Of a stretch of DNA of 64,000 nucleotides, positions 63,201-64,000 are shown in pieces. The stretch covers positions 1,054,001 to 1,118,000 of the forward strand of contig JAYWIR010000042.1 in NCBI GenBank assembly GCA_036172245.1. The letters are read 5' to 3'. Within the stretch, counting starts at the first letter, position 1. Every line of letters begins with the position of its first letter. The DNA is from Raillietiella orientalis (lineage: Eukaryota). The notes beneath the pieces are model-generated. The model was given only the letters and a program-made list of their open reading frames with translations, was not told the DNA's origin and searched no databases. A program made the translations under genes and the position numbers.

Positions 63201-64000
63201 GCGGCTGCGGTCGGATCTCCACGACAGCTTCCCTCCGAGAGCAATCCCGGAGCTGCTTGCGAGGAGGCCGGCTCGAGAGAGGACCGAGGGCACCTTCGGT
63301 AAGCCGTTTCCATCTCGCCCACCGCGCCGCCTCCGGAAGGCGGCTCACGCCCGCCAGACCGGGGAGCTCCCCTCGCCCCCTTTTTCCGACGAGGTGCAGC
63401 CGCGGCGCTCTCCTCCGGCCTAGGACGAAATCCGGATGTGCCCGAGGTGGTGACCCCAGCATCCGACTGAGAGAGCATGCCAGGGCCGAAGGATCCCGCG
63501 ATGCGGCCTTCGCAAAGCCGGGTCAGCGGTCTTCCCGGCTACTCCAGTAACCTCCCTAGAAGCGCCGACGAGCTCCAAGAGACAGAGATGCACGTTCCAC
63601 CGAGAGACCACGAGGATTCGAGCGCATTTCGTTTCGAGGACCGACGTCCTCGGAACCTCTTCGAAGTCCACCCCTCTCCGGGAACTGCATCGACTTCCCT
63701 CCTGGCGAGCTTTCGGAACACCCTCATCTCTCTCGACCGGCGCGTTCCGTAATGGCGTTCCGTCTTCACCCCAGCAGAGGACTCGAGATCTGATTGGCTC
63801 TTCCACATCGGAACCTGGTCGCGTCAACCGAACGGCTTCTGGTTCGGCACTCCTTCCTTCCTTGTCCCTCGCCGAAGCACTTCTTGGAACGCACTCCGAC
63901 CGGAAGAGCCGGGAGCAGGGTGTTCGGCCCGCCCGCCCACTTGCCTTCCTCTTGCCAGAGCTCCTCGTTCGGAGGACTCATTGAAAATCTACCGAGGCAC

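Noticed and set aside
1..64000. CRISPR arrays, operons, tRNA/rRNA genes or intact transposases/retroelements
   Set aside because: No regularly spaced repeat-spacer units, cloverleaf or rRNA-like sequence, or intact RT/DDE ORFs seen; the genes are spliced eukaryotic genes.

Overview
Eukaryotic, intron-containing animal DNA, most likely an arthropod (it carries pasiflora-2 and an arthropod-type calcitonin). I found no prokaryotic features, CRISPR arrays or structural RNA genes. Seven spliced genes can be assembled by hand from GT-AG boundaries with consistent phase: a cytosolic carboxypeptidase (M14D, Nna1/CCP2-3-like, +, ~517-12722, both ends uncertain); a complete calcitonin-family neuropeptide precursor gene that the ORF track does not show as a unit (+, TATA 19342, CDS 20191-21855, polyA signal 21936); pasiflora-2 (+); an SLC36/pathetic-like amino-acid transporter (-); a kynurenine aminotransferase (-); CCT8 (+); and CHORDC1/morgana (-). 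The window is a compositional mosaic. GC/CpG-rich blocks (about 11-25 kb, 41-44.5 kb, 54.5-64 kb) contain long introns and many spurious ORFs. AT-rich, CpG-poor blocks contain compact genes with introns as short as 38-50 nt. Also present: an inverted intronic repeat pair with a flipped hairpin loop, several hairpins, and local duplications. Gene identities come from remembered family motifs; no database search was run.
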